Shown: piece after piece, positions 10,054-20,430 of the stretch | Layout: every line of letters begins with the position of its first letter | Position numbering within the stretch: the stretch's first letter is position 1 | Origin: Bacteroidales bacterium | GTDB taxonomy: Bacteria; Bacteroidota; Bacteroidia; Bacteroidales; UBA12170 | Assembly: GCA_041592395.1 (NCBI GenBank) | Contig: JBFHQD010000001.1 | Location: forward strand, 1 to 58,810 | Direction: 5' to 3' | DNA: 58,810 nt | Notes under the pieces: model-generated | The model's input: only the letters and a program-made list of their open reading frames with translations | Told to the model about the DNA's origin: nothing | Database searches by the model: none | Program-made: the position numbers and the translations under genes

Positions 10054-11409
10054 ATGACTATAAATCGTAGAGCATTTATTAGAAATTCGGCTGTGGCCGG
10101 AATAGGCGTTTCCTTATTTCCAAGCTTTAGTTTTGCTGCAACATCAAAACAAGTATTGAACATTGGTTTTATTGGCATGGGTTTGCGTGGTGAGGAGCAT
10201 TTAAGAAATGCGCTCGATCGCTCTGATATTGAAATAAAAGCGATTTGTGATATTGATAAAGAGCGATTGGAATTTGCACGTGAGTTATTGAAAAAGAAAG
10301 GAAAAGTGCCAGCTTTAGAATTTGGAAAAGACGACTACGATTATCGTAATTTATTGAAAATTAAAGAGATTGATGCTGTGATTATAGCAACGCCTTGGCT
10401 TTGGCATACGCCAATGAGTATAGATGCAATGCAGGCAGGAAAGTATACAGGCGTTGAAGTATCAGCCGCTATGACTATGGAGGAATGTTGGGACTTGGTG
10501 AATACGCACGAAGAGACAGGTACGCATTTAATGATTCTCGAAAATGTAAATTATCGTCGCGATGTTTTGGCTGTTTTGAATATGGTTAGGCAAGAGATAT
10601 TTGGTGAGCTTTTGCATTTTCGATGTGGATATCAACACGATTTGCGTGAAGTAAAATTTAACGATGGCATTCATCCTTATGGGCACGGTGTTGAATTTGG
10701 CGAGAAAGGATACAGTGAAGCTCGCTGGCGTACACAACACAGTTTAAAAAGAAATGCGGATATTTATCCAACGCATGGCGTTGGTCCGGTAGCAACTTAC
10801 ACCAATATAAATAGAGGAAATCGATTTGTATCGCTAACTTCTCACGCGACCAAAGCTAGAGGTTTACACAAACATATTGTAGCCGGTGGAGGCGAAGAAC
10901 ATCCCAATGCCAATTTGAAGTGGAAATTGGGCGATATCATTACTACAACTATCGATACGGCCAATGGAGAAACGATCATTGTTACGCACGATACAAACTC
11001 ACCCAGGCCCTATTCTTTGGGTTTTAGAGTGCAAGGAACCGAGGGGATTTGGGAAGCTGATGGCAATAGAATATATATTGAAGGAGCCGCGAATAAACCT
11101 CACCGATGGGATGATGCGACGAGTTGGTTGGAAAAATACGATCATCCACTTTGGAAACGATTCGAAAAAGAGGCCTTGGGTGCCGGTCATGGGGGAATGG
11201 ATTTTTTCGTGATGCAAGCTTTTGTAGAATCGGCTAAAAGGCAAATTGCTCCACCAATTGATGTCTACGACGCTGCTGCCTGGAGTTCAATAACGCCCTT
11301 ATCTGAAACTTCTATTGCCGGTGGAGGACAAGTGCAATTTTTTCCTGATTTTACACGTGGACAATGGATTAACCGTAAACCTTATAATTGGATAAAAGAT
11401 ACTTTCTAA
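10054..11409 (+). CDS. GH109 NAD+-dependent alpha-N-acetylgalactosaminidase-like (Gfo/Idh/MocA), Tat-exported
   Basis: Twin-Arg signal NRRAFI, GxGxRG, ATPWLWH, LENVNY, YPTHG, GHGGMD. Confidence 0.88.
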   Translation: MTINRRAFIRNSAVAGIGVSLFPSFSFAATSKQVLNIGFIGMGLRGEEHLRNALDRSDIEIKAICDIDKERLEFARELLKKKGKVPALEFGKDDYDYRNLLKIKEIDAVIIATPWLWHTPMSIDAMQAGKYTGVEVSAAMTMEECWDLVNTHEETGTHLMILENVNYRRDVLAVLNMVRQEIFGELLHFRCGYQHDLREVKFNDGIHPYGHGVEFGEKGYSEARWRTQHSLKRNADIYPTHGVGPVATYTNINRGNRFVSLTSHATKARGLHKHIVAGGGEEHPNANLKWKLGDIITTTIDTANGETIIVTHDTNSPRPYSLGFRVQGTEGIWEADGNRIYIEGAANKPHRWDDATSWLEKYDHPLWKRFEKEALGAGHGGMDFFVMQAFVESAKRQIAPPIDVYDAAAWSSITPLSETSIAGGGQVQFFPDFTRGQWINRKPYNWIKDTF

Positions 11410-11454
11410 AAACGTATCCGTCTGCTTTTATGAATTGTGCATTTGAAAGGCGTA

Positions 11455-13416
11455 TTATTGTTTAGGTATCATGATTTCAAATACACTTCCTTTTCCAAGT
11501 TCGCTACTGGCTTTTATTTGTCCACGATGAAGCTGTACCAAATCGGCAACAATTAAATGGCCGAGACCGGTTCCTTTTTCTTTTCTTAAGCCTTCAATAC
11601 TCTGAACTTGTTGTTGATTTTGAAAGAGGTTTTTAAGCATTTCCGGTGCAATTCCAATACCTGTATCACTCACTTTAAGCAAGATATGCGCATTAGTTTC
11701 TGAAGCACTTATTTGAATATGGCCTCCCTTATCTGTGTATTTAAGCGAATTCGTAATTAAATTAACGCATACAATCCGCAAAATATCAATATCAGCTACT
11801 ACCTTGCGCTTTATAGTGTTTGAAAAAATAAGTTGGATCGAATTCTTTTCGGAATCAATTTCGAAAAAATAGGATAATTCTTCAAACAGACTATCCATCG
11901 ACATCAATACAGGATTGAATGTTATTCTGCCTGTTTGTGAGCGTGACCACGTTAGTAAATCAGAGAGCAGGTTTAAACTGTCTTTCGATTTCCTATTAAT
12001 TATATCGGCGTATTTGAGTGCATTTTCGTAATTATTTTCTTTTAATTCTTCAATTAAGAGATTGCTAAAGCCTAATAATGCATTAAAAGGGGTTTTTAAA
12101 TCGTGCGAAATAACAGAGAACATTTTGTCTTTATCAAAGTTGATTTCTTGCAATTTAATATTCAATTTGTTTTTATTTCTTAAACGTAAAACACCCAAGA
12201 TAAACAATGGAATCAACAAGGCGATAATGGTTAAAAGATAGAAAAACTCAGTTCTGTTTGATTCCAATTCGTTTTGCGCTTGATTTAAATTCTGACGAAT
12301 GGCAAAATTTTCTTGTAACTCTTCTAAGGTCTCAATTTGCTGATTGGCTAAAATAGAATCGTATAAATCGATAAAATTGATAAGGCTGTTTGCGGCTTGT
12401 TTATAATCGCCTAACAGGTTATAAAACTGTCCATAGGTTTTATGGATAAGCAATGTCTGCGCCGGAACATGAAGCCATTTAGAAAGAGATAATGCTTCGA
12501 GTAGGGCAGCTTCGCCTTCGGCTTTTTTGTTTTGCTCGGCACAAACGAGAGCCAGTCCGGTGTAATTATCAATTAAACCATAATAATTGTCACGTGTTTT
12601 ATTTAATTCGATGGATTGATGAAAAAGCGTATAGGCTTTATCTAATTCTTTTCTTTTGTAATGAATTGATGCAATGCCATTTAAACAATGTGCCGTGTAC
12701 ACAATATTTAGAATGTCCAAATGTCGTTGATAGGAGTCCTGAAAACAAAGCAGAGCTGTGTCCAGCTTGTCTTGCATTAAATAGGTTTTTCCGATTTCGT
12801 AAATATCGGATGCAATACCTTGTTTATCATCTCTTGCTTCTCGGATTTTTTTTGATTTGTTAAAATAATCTATGGCCGCCGAAAAATCTTTGTCAATTCT
12901 AGCGATTAAACCTAAATTTACATAACCATAAGCAATACCGGCAGGATTATTTAAAAGCTCAAATAAACGAAGCGATTTTTCTGAGTAATACTTCGATAGC
13001 GGAACATTTCCATTTAACAAATAAGCATCACCAAGATTATTGTAGGCATAGGCAATTTGTAAAGAATCGTTCAAAAGCATACCGTATTCAAGCGCTTTAT
13101 GAAAGTTGGGAATAGCCTTGCTTATTTTGTGCATAAAATGGATATAGACCACACCTAAATAATTACTCAAGCGAGGAATGGGCTCCAAAATATTGTATTC
13201 AAAAGCCAGTGCTAATGCTCTTTCGCCCAGTGCAGCTGCAGAATCAGAATCTGAAATTCTGAGCTTCCAACAAGAATCGCCAAGCACTTGAATCTTATTT
13301 TCGGCTTCTGCATAAGTTAATTTATTCGCTGTATCTGTTTGATGCGCAGAACCAAAAAACGGGGAACTGAGGTTCAAAAGTAATAAAAAGAAAATAAGGC
13401 GTGGTGTATGGAACAT
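11455..13416 (-). CDS. TPR-containing sensor histidine kinase
   Basis: Signal peptide, TPR repeats, TM helix, SHDLKTPF H-box, DTGIG and GTGLG boxes. Confidence 0.9.
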   Translation of the reverse strand: MFHTPRLIFFLLLLNLSSPFFGSAHQTDTANKLTYAEAENKIQVLGDSCWKLRISDSDSAAALGERALALAFEYNILEPIPRLSNYLGVVYIHFMHKISKAIPNFHKALEYGMLLNDSLQIAYAYNNLGDAYLLNGNVPLSKYYSEKSLRLFELLNNPAGIAYGYVNLGLIARIDKDFSAAIDYFNKSKKIREARDDKQGIASDIYEIGKTYLMQDKLDTALLCFQDSYQRHLDILNIVYTAHCLNGIASIHYKRKELDKAYTLFHQSIELNKTRDNYYGLIDNYTGLALVCAEQNKKAEGEAALLEALSLSKWLHVPAQTLLIHKTYGQFYNLLGDYKQAANSLINFIDLYDSILANQQIETLEELQENFAIRQNLNQAQNELESNRTEFFYLLTIIALLIPLFILGVLRLRNKNKLNIKLQEINFDKDKMFSVISHDLKTPFNALLGFSNLLIEELKENNYENALKYADIINRKSKDSLNLLSDLLTWSRSQTGRITFNPVLMSMDSLFEELSYFFEIDSEKNSIQLIFSNTIKRKVVADIDILRIVCVNLITNSLKYTDKGGHIQISASETNAHILLKVSDTGIGIAPEMLKNLFQNQQQVQSIEGLRKEKGTGLGHLIVADLVQLHRGQIKASSELGKGSVFEIMIPKQ

Positions 13417-13610
13417 GTATTCGTATAGTTTGCGTTTACGAATTTAGTAAATTAAATACGTACGAAGCAAAATATATAAATATATTTGACAAAATACAAT
13501 CTTCTTGTACTTTGTACATAAGCCGTGTTTAATTAAAAACCCTCTTGCAAGCTATACAAACATCCTGATTATAAATGAAATACAAGCGGTGAATTATGTT
13601 TGTAGTATGT

Positions 13611-14135
13611 TTAATACACCATAACACGCACCTGAGGAATTTCACCTTCAGGAACACGCACATTTGCAACCTTGCTTAAAGTTGATCCGGAAACAAATTG
13701 CGTTCCTATAATTACCGTCTGTGTATAATGTTCGTAAGGGTCTTCGTCTTTTGCAATTGGAGGACATTTTTTGCATTTATAAGGTACCTTTATATACATA
13801 GGTTTTGGATAAAAGTATTCGCTTGTTGCGGATAACGCTTTTCCATTGGCATTGGTAAACTGAAAATAGGCAATTGCATTTTCCGGTTTTTCTATAAAAA
13901 CTTCGGGAGATGAAGAGAATACCCTCATATAGTCGCCGCCACGATTGGTAATCGTAGTTGTAATTCTATAGAGATCGCTCTCTTTTTTAGTGTCTTTTAA
14001 AACGGCATTATAACTTACCAAAATACCATTTACTTCTACATCTTCGCCACTGCGTAATTCTACAAATTCCTGACTGTAAGAGGTAAAAACAATCAGACTA
14101 AAAACAAATACTAAGGTTCGTGTAATTCTTCTCAT
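13611..14135 (-). CDS. Secreted hypothetical protein with CxxC
   Basis: Signal peptide ending SYS|Q, beta-rich sequence, KCKKC motif. Confidence 0.7.
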   Translation of the reverse strand: MRRITRTLVFVFSLIVFTSYSQEFVELRSGEDVEVNGILVSYNAVLKDTKKESDLYRITTTITNRGGDYMRVFSSSPEVFIEKPENAIAYFQFTNANGKALSATSEYFYPKPMYIKVPYKCKKCPPIAKDEDPYEHYTQTVIIGTQFVSGSTLSKVANVRVPEGEIPQVRVMVY

Positions 14136-14263
14136 AGGACAAATTGTATTGATTTATTCATGAATTGCAATAAAAGTACAAAGGTTTTTTTAATTTAGCA
14201 GGGAAAACACCAAGCTTTTTATGTTAACCTAAAAAACCACCCTCATTTTTAAAAATTAAAATT

Positions 14264-16879
14264 ATGAAAAAGAAGTATTTAGCATTTTTTGCCTTATTTT
14301 TATTTTTGGCGAACATTTTTACTGTTCAGTCCCAAACAAAATCGAATCTGGTAACACCGAAAGATTATTTTGGTTTTCAACCCGGAAGTGAAGGCAACCT
14401 TTATACCTACAGTCAGTTAATTGATTACTTGAAAGTACTCGATAAGGAGTCTCCGCGCTTGAAAATGGAGCAAATAGGAGAGAGCCCTATGGGACAAGCG
14501 ATGTATATTCTTTTTATTTCTTCCGAAGAAAATATTCGTAATCTGGAGAAATACAAAGCAATGAATAAGACATTGATGCTAAATCCAAATCTGGATGAAA
14601 AGGAGCAGGCCCAATTGGTCGACGAGGCTAAAGTGTTCTTTTTAGCTACCTTGTCGATGCATTCCAGCGAAGTTGGTCCTTCGCAGGCCGCATCGTTAAT
14701 TGCTTATGATTATGCAACTACTTCTGATCCTGAAATCCTTTCCTATTTTGATAATGTTGTTTATATGATGGTTCCAAATCATAATCCGGATGGTATGGAT
14801 ATGGTTGTAAACAATTACAAAAAGTACAAGGGCACTAAATACGAAGGAGCTACACTGCCCGGTTTATATCATAAATATGTCGGTCACGATAATAATCGCG
14901 ATTTTATCACCCTTTCGCAAACCGATACCAAAGCTATTTCGACCATTACAAGTACCACATGGTTTCCTCAAGTTATGGTTGAAAAACATCAGATGGGCTC
15001 GCGCGGTCCTCGTTATTTTGTTCCACCCAATCACGATCCGATTGCTGAAAATATTGATCCGGGATTGTGGAATTGGACAGGATTATTCGGTACGAATATG
15101 ATTAAAGACCTTACCGGTGCCGGATTAAAAGGGGTTTCGCAAGGTTATGCTTTTGATAATTATTGGCCGGGGTCTACGGAAACTTGTTTATGGAAAAATG
15201 TGATGTCTTTCCTTACAGAGGCTGCAAGTGTGGCTACAGCTACGTCTATTTATATAGAACCCAATGAATTATCCGTTAGTGGAAAAGGCTTGGCCGAATA
15301 TGATATTAGTGCCAATATGCCCGATCCTTGGATGGGTGGTTGGTGGAAACTAAGCGATATTATTGATTTGGAACTGGTTTCAACAAAATCAATAATCAAA
15401 ACGGCATCGTTTCACAAGAAAGAGATATTAACCTATACGAATAATTTATCCAAAAAAGAGGTGATGTTGGGCGCTACTCAAGCGCCTTATTATTATATAC
15501 TTCCGGCACAACAACATGATCAAGGTCAATTACTGGCCTTTGTTAATCTGATGTTGGAGCATGGGATTCAGCTGAATACCTTAAAAGAGGATGTTGTGAT
15601 AAATCAAACGCTTTTCTCAAAAGGTGCAGTGGTAGTTTCGCTAGCGCAGCCTTTCCGCGCCTTTGTTAAGGAGGTGATGGAAAATCAAAAGTTTCCGGTT
15701 CGTCATTATTCCAAAGATGGTCCTTTAATCGAACCTTATGATATTACGTCTTGGTCGCTGCCTTTACATATGGGATTAAAATCGGTTGAGATCAACAATC
15801 CTGTTGATGATTTGAGCTCAAAACTTGAACCCATTACGGCAGATGTTAGATTGGAGAATCAAATTCCGACGGATGCCGAATATGTTGTTTTACCGGTTAA
15901 TCAAAACAAAAGTTTTGCGGCTGCCTTTGAATTAATGGGTAAAGGACAAAATGTATTTCGCCTTACGGCTGATCTCGAAAATGCTAAACAAGGTAGTTTT
16001 GCACTTAAGCTAAATGCAAAAAACAGAGCGCTAATTCAGGATAATTTAAATGAAAACGGCGTTTATGCTGAATTTACGGATGTAAAAATCGAAGGATTGG
16101 AAAAATTAAATAATCCCAAAATTGGTTTTGTCGAAACTTGGAACCATGATATGGATGCGGGCTGGACACGCTATGTTTTGGATTCGCATCATATTCCTTT
16201 CCAGTTAATTAGGCCTGATGAATTTAAAACCCTTGATTTGTCCACTTTTGATGTTTTGGTTTTCCCCTCTTCGTCGAAAGATATTTTATTGGAAGGAAAG
16301 AGAAAAGGATCTTCAGGAAATTATAATCCAAGCAGTTTGCCTCCTGAATATGCCAAAGGCATGGGTAAAGAAGGTCTTAAACGTGTTATGGAATTCGTAA
16401 ACAATGGCGGTAATGTAGTTTCTTGGGGTTCTTCAAGCGATTTGTTTATGGGACCGATGAAAATCAATATTGGAAAGGAAGAAGAGGACTTTAGTTTGCC
16501 AATTTCGAATATAGCCGATCAATTAGAAAAGAAAGGTTTGTATGTTGCAGGTTCTTTGGCAACGGTAAATGTATTGGAAAATCATCCCCTAACTTTTGGA
16601 TTAGAGTCGACGGCAAATGTGTTTTATAGAGGCGATCCAACTTTTCAGACGAATATTCCGGGTTTTGATATCGACCGACGTGTAGTTGCTTCTTTCCCAA
16701 AAGAAGATATTTGTCCGAGTGGTTATATGGAAAACGAGGAATTGTTAGCAAAACTACCAGCTGCTGTTTGGATTAAAAAAGGCGAGGGCCAAATGGTTTT
16801 CTATTCGTTTAGTCCACAGTTTAGGTCTTCAACGAGCGGTGTTTATAAGTTTTTATTTAATGCGCTTTTGTTGGATTAA
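14264..16879 (+). CDS. M14 zinc carboxypeptidase family protein with C-terminal GATase-like domain
   Basis: Signal peptide, HSSE, NPDG, DNNRD and EKHQMG motifs. Confidence 0.88.
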   Translation: MKKKYLAFFALFLFLANIFTVQSQTKSNLVTPKDYFGFQPGSEGNLYTYSQLIDYLKVLDKESPRLKMEQIGESPMGQAMYILFISSEENIRNLEKYKAMNKTLMLNPNLDEKEQAQLVDEAKVFFLATLSMHSSEVGPSQAASLIAYDYATTSDPEILSYFDNVVYMMVPNHNPDGMDMVVNNYKKYKGTKYEGATLPGLYHKYVGHDNNRDFITLSQTDTKAISTITSTTWFPQVMVEKHQMGSRGPRYFVPPNHDPIAENIDPGLWNWTGLFGTNMIKDLTGAGLKGVSQGYAFDNYWPGSTETCLWKNVMSFLTEAASVATATSIYIEPNELSVSGKGLAEYDISANMPDPWMGGWWKLSDIIDLELVSTKSIIKTASFHKKEILTYTNNLSKKEVMLGATQAPYYYILPAQQHDQGQLLAFVNLMLEHGIQLNTLKEDVVINQTLFSKGAVVVSLAQPFRAFVKEVMENQKFPVRHYSKDGPLIEPYDITSWSLPLHMGLKSVEINNPVDDLSSKLEPITADVRLENQIPTDAEYVVLPVNQNKSFAAAFELMGKGQNVFRLTADLENAKQGSFALKLNAKNRALIQDNLNENGVYAEFTDVKIEGLEKLNNPKIGFVETWNHDMDAGWTRYVLDSHHIPFQLIRPDEFKTLDLSTFDVLVFPSSSKDILLEGKRKGSSGNYNPSSLPPEYAKGMGKEGLKRVMEFVNNGGNVVSWGSSSDLFMGPMKINIGKEEEDFSLPISNIADQLEKKGLYVAGSLATVNVLENHPLTFGLESTANVFYRGDPTFQTNIPGFDIDRRVVASFPKEDICPSGYMENEELLAKLPAAVWIKKGEGQMVFYSFSPQFRSSTSGVYKFLFNALLLD

Positions 16880-16895
16880 TAATTTAATCTAATTG

Positions 16896-16936
16896 AAAAA
16901 ACGGCAAGAGGAGAAAATCTTTTGCCGTTTTTTTTT
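16896..16936. terminator. Bidirectional intrinsic terminator
   Basis: AAAAAACGGCAAGAG-loop-CTTTTGCCGTTTTTTTTT between convergent genes. Confidence 0.85.
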
Positions 16937-16987
16937 CTCGAAAAATCGCTAGGCTTTATTTCTTAACGTTTATCTTAGACAATTGAA

Positions 16988-17641
16988 TTAAAGCAGCAAT
17001 TGTGTTAATTCTTCAACCGTTTTACAAATGTATTCGGGATTTTCCTTCTTAACTATGCTATCTACACCATAACCATAACTTACCCAACAGCCTTTAATAC
17101 GATTAAAATGCGCTCCCTGAATATCAAATTCTCGGTCACCAATCATTAAATATTCTTCGTTTGCTTTGTTTCCGGTAATTTCTTTCGCGTAAGCTACAAC
17201 CTCTTTTTTATCTGTCCTGCTACCATCAATATTGGCTCCGGCAATAAAATCGATAAAGGGATCAATTTTAAAATGTTCAATCACTTTTTTAGCAAAATGA
17301 GTTGGTTTTGAGGTGGCTAGCGATAAGATTTTGTTTTGATTTTTCAGCGCCTTTAATAAATCAAAAATGCCCGGATAGATTGAATTTTCATAAATCCCTT
17401 TTTCGGCAAAATATTCTCGAAATATACGCACCATTTCAAAAGCTTCTTCTTCACTTAAGTGATATCTGTTTTTAAAAGAAAGATGCAAAGGGGGTCCAAT
17501 AAAACAATGCAGTTCTTCCGGATGCTTTTCTACGATTCCTTTTTGTTTTAAGGCGTAATGGACAGAATTTAAAATGCCCTCTTTTGGATCTGTTAAAGTT
17601 CCGTCTAAATCGAATAAGAGAACATTTGTTTTACTCGTCAT
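16988..17641 (-). CDS. HAD-superfamily phosphatase (phosphoglycolate phosphatase/5'-nucleotidase-like)
   Basis: FDLDGTL, FIGPPL, ATSK, MIGDREFD. Confidence 0.9.
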   Translation of the reverse strand: MTSKTNVLLFDLDGTLTDPKEGILNSVHYALKQKGIVEKHPEELHCFIGPPLHLSFKNRYHLSEEEAFEMVRIFREYFAEKGIYENSIYPGIFDLLKALKNQNKILSLATSKPTHFAKKVIEHFKIDPFIDFIAGANIDGSRTDKKEVVAYAKEITGNKANEEYLMIGDREFDIQGAHFNRIKGCWVSYGYGVDSIVKKENPEYICKTVEELTQLLL

Positions 17642-18305
17642 CAGAAAAAGAAAATTGATAACTCACAAAAACGCTCATTGTCTTCAGATTAGAATAATCC
17701 AAATTGCTGGCATCGACATCGTACACATTTTGAAATCCATACGTATAGCGTCCTTCAATTTGGAATAATCCAATTTTTGTTTGTAAACGGAACCCTAAAC
17801 CTCCGGTCATTCCGAAATCTCCTTTTCGGGCTACTCGGTTTTCGTAATAAGGGAAATAATCAGATTCTTGATCTACAGTATGACTGCTTTCCTGATTTAA
17901 TAAAAAAGCGAGATAAGGGCCAAAATTAACGAGAAACTTAAACCGATTTCCAAAATGCAAAGTAGTGAGCATCGGGATTTCGATGTAATTTAGCTTGGTA
18001 TTGAAGGTATAATCACCGATAGGATTTTCTTCCCAACTTTTACTTATATAATTAGCTTCCAATTGAATGCCAACTGTTTTGGCATGAATATAACTAAATA
18101 CCAATCCGAAAGTAGGAACAAAAGTACTACTCATTTGTTGAACAGGAATCCCAATGTCAATCAGGCTTGATGTTAAACCCGATTTTATCCCAAAACCAAT
18201 TTGTTTCGGGTAAGTTTGTTCAATATCCTGACTAAATATGCTGAAGGGAATCAGCAGAAGTAAAAAGAGCGAAAAGCGCTTATATTGTGATTTATTTACG
18301 TGCAC
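17631..18305 (-). CDS. Outer-membrane beta-barrel (porin family/PorT-like) protein
   Basis: Signal peptide ending IFS|Q, NYIEIP, GPY and EGRYTYG strands; GTG at 18305 preferred because the ATG at 18395 lies deep inside the upstream gene. Confidence 0.75.
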   Translation of the reverse strand: MHVNKSQYKRFSLFLLLLIPFSIFSQDIEQTYPKQIGFGIKSGLTSSLIDIGIPVQQMSSTFVPTFGLVFSYIHAKTVGIQLEANYISKSWEENPIGDYTFNTKLNYIEIPMLTTLHFGNRFKFLVNFGPYLAFLLNQESSHTVDQESDYFPYYENRVARKGDFGMTGGLGFRLQTKIGLFQIEGRYTYGFQNVYDVDASNLDYSNLKTMSVFVSYQFSFSDDE

Positions 18306-19065
18306 GATTTGGATATTTTTTCGAATAATTGAACGGAAGATTATAATAGATATTGTAATTGAATCCCATAATAAAAGTGCCGGAAGTTTTGCCATAACCC
18401 GGTATAAAGACCGCTGGATTTATTGTTTTGTCGCCCGACTGATAAATAAGTATTTTCATTCGCAGTCCTAAGCCCAGATAAATATTTTTCATCACTTCAA
18501 CTTTAAAACCGGCCAAGGCTTCGCCCCAATGAGCCGAATTATCGAAACTGACTTCCTCCTGCGTTACATCGGGCCAGTATGTGGAACTTATTTGTGCATT
18601 TTCGATTCTTTGATTATAGGTGGCGAAAGCATAACGAAGCCCTAAATAGAACATATCTCGACTCTTATTCGGATTCTCTTTTCGCGTGTCAGAATCAAAA
18701 CCGATACGAACATAAGATCCTTTGGAGAAATAATCCAAAACATCGCTCGACTCATTATACGAATTATAACCAAACTCAACAATGGCGTAGCGTTTTTTAT
18801 CAAGTGTATAATCAACGGAAAAATCCAATCCGTCGATATTTGTTGTAACCGTGCCGATTAAAAAGTTGCTGATATCCAAGCCAATTTTCAAGTCACGATC
18901 GATAGGCTCTTTTGGCGTTTTCTTCTTTTCCTTTTTTGTAGTAGCCACCGATTCTTTCATTCTATTGGCATCTTCGCCAACTTTAATTTCTTGCGCCAGC
19001 ACCGAAGTTGAAAAGAGAAAAAGCAGACTAAAAAATAAATTGAATATTTTCTGTTGAGATGACAT
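18292..19065 (-). CDS. DUF6048-like outer-membrane beta-barrel protein
   Basis: Signal peptide VLA|Q, GxYxRIGFD, YLGLRYAF, AHWGE, FIPGYGK; family assigned from memory. Confidence 0.7.
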   Translation of the reverse strand: MSSQQKIFNLFFSLLFLFSTSVLAQEIKVGEDANRMKESVATTKKEKKKTPKEPIDRDLKIGLDISNFLIGTVTTNIDGLDFSVDYTLDKKRYAIVEFGYNSYNESSDVLDYFSKGSYVRIGFDSDTRKENPNKSRDMFYLGLRYAFATYNQRIENAQISSTYWPDVTQEEVSFDNSAHWGEALAGFKVEVMKNIYLGLGLRMKILIYQSGDKTINPAVFIPGYGKTSGTFIMGFNYNIYYNLPFNYSKKYPNRARK

Positions 19066-19510
19066 CAATTTCGGGGTTGATTAAGACTAAATTTTTTAAA
19101 CTATGCGTACTAAAATGAAAATCAGTAATAGTATAGGTATTTGTAACGCCACATTTTACGGAATTAAATAGCAAGTGTTTTTCGTAGCTAAAGGTAACTG
19201 TATCTTTTACTCCGGCAATACTCAAAACAAAGCTGGATTGGTTACTTGAATTATCTAAGGGAAAGTTTAATTCTTCTATTTCCACTTCGTTAATATATAA
19301 ATTCGCGTTATCCCAATTTTGGGAATAAACAGAATCTACATCTATTGCATACGGAATTGTATCGAAAAGTCCGTCATTTTCATTTTCGCTTAACGTGTAG
19401 ATAACGGCATTTAGTTCAATCGCATAGGGACTGCAAATCTCATTCTTTAAGCAAGAAGAAGCAATTCCAAACACGATTAAACTTATAAGTAACCAACTAA
19501 TTCTTTTCAA
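19028..19510 (-). CDS. DUF6452-like lipoprotein
   Basis: TTG start, lipobox ASSC, DTVTFSY...SVKCG motif; typically adjacent to DUF6048. Confidence 0.65.
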   Translation of the reverse strand: MKRISWLLISLIVFGIASSCLKNEICSPYAIELNAVIYTLSENENDGLFDTIPYAIDVDSVYSQNWDNANLYINEVEIEELNFPLDNSSNQSSFVLSIAGVKDTVTFSYEKHLLFNSVKCGVTNTYTITDFHFSTHSLKNLVLINPEIDVISTENIQFIF

Positions 19511-19582
19511 TTCTTTTCTTTTTTATTAGCAACAAAGGTAGCAAAGAGCAGGCAAACGACAAACATGTCAAAACTTAAATCC

Positions 19583-19927
19583 TTAATGTCCAAATCCGGC
19601 ACAACGCACACATTTTCTACTTTCGGGCATCACGAATAAGCGACCGGTTGGAATCAAATCGCCGCAACTAATGCAATGATCTAGTTCAGGTTCGTCGAAA
19701 ATGGAAAGCGCATATTCTAAACCGTTTAATTGATCAATCTTTTTTCGTAAGCCCGATTCGTTCACGCTTTTATTGTTGATTGCATCCATGCGACTTACTC
19801 TGCCAATGGCGCAATCGGGTTCTATCGGCTGTGTGAGTTCTTTTAAATCAGTGATTTGACGATTAAGCCTTTCAATCTTATTATAGATCAATGCTTTTAA
19901 CTTTATTTTCTCTTCTGCTGTCATCAA
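19583..19927 (-). CDS. TraR/DksA C4-type zinc-finger protein
   Basis: Coiled coil, IGRVSRMDAI, CISC...CVRC. Confidence 0.88.
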   Translation of the reverse strand: MMTAEEKIKLKALIYNKIERLNRQITDLKELTQPIEPDCAIGRVSRMDAINNKSVNESGLRKKIDQLNGLEYALSIFDEPELDHCISCGDLIPTGRLFVMPESRKCVRCAGFGH

Positions 19928-20022
19928 AAAATTTTAACAAATGTACATTTTCTAAGAATTCATACAGCAAATCCAATGGTTAAGTTTATTTTTGCTTAGA
20001 AACTGTAAAATTTCAACTGTCT

Positions 20023-20430
20023 ATGCCTATTTCTGTTGAGCAAATGAACAAAACAAGCAAGGGTACTTTAATGGAAGTGCTTGGTATTGAATACTTAATT
20101 GTTGAATCCGGTTATATAAAAGCCAAAATGCCTGTCGATGAAAGAACCCGACAGCCTTATGGAATTTTGCACGGAGGAGCAAGTGTAGCCTTGGCCGAAA
20201 CCATTGGTAGTATTGGATCTGCTATACTTATGGGCGATGTTAAAGCCGATGTAAGAGGTGCCGGGATAACGGCCAATCATGTAAAAGCAAAAAAAGAAGG
20301 TTGGGTTTATGGAGAAGCCAGAACCATTCATGTTGGAAAAAACACGCATATCTGGGATATTCAAATTACGGATGAAAACGGCGATTTAGTTTCGACAGCA
20401 CGCTTAACCAATTTTATTATTTTAAAATAA
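20023..20430 (+). CDS. menI: Hotdog thioesterase, probable DHNA-CoA hydrolase
   Basis: QPYGILHGGASVALAET motif; abuts isochorismate synthase. Confidence 0.75.
   Translation: MPISVEQMNKTSKGTLMEVLGIEYLIVESGYIKAKMPVDERTRQPYGILHGGASVALAETIGSIGSAILMGDVKADVRGAGITANHVKAKKEGWVYGEARTIHVGKNTHIWDIQITDENGDLVSTARLTNFIILK

Noticed and set aside
18306-18395. Extended N-termini in the ORF track (also at 7491, 25949, 28215, 29567, 47627, 52048, 58273)
   Set aside because: Downstream starts fit signal peptides, promoters and gene spacing better
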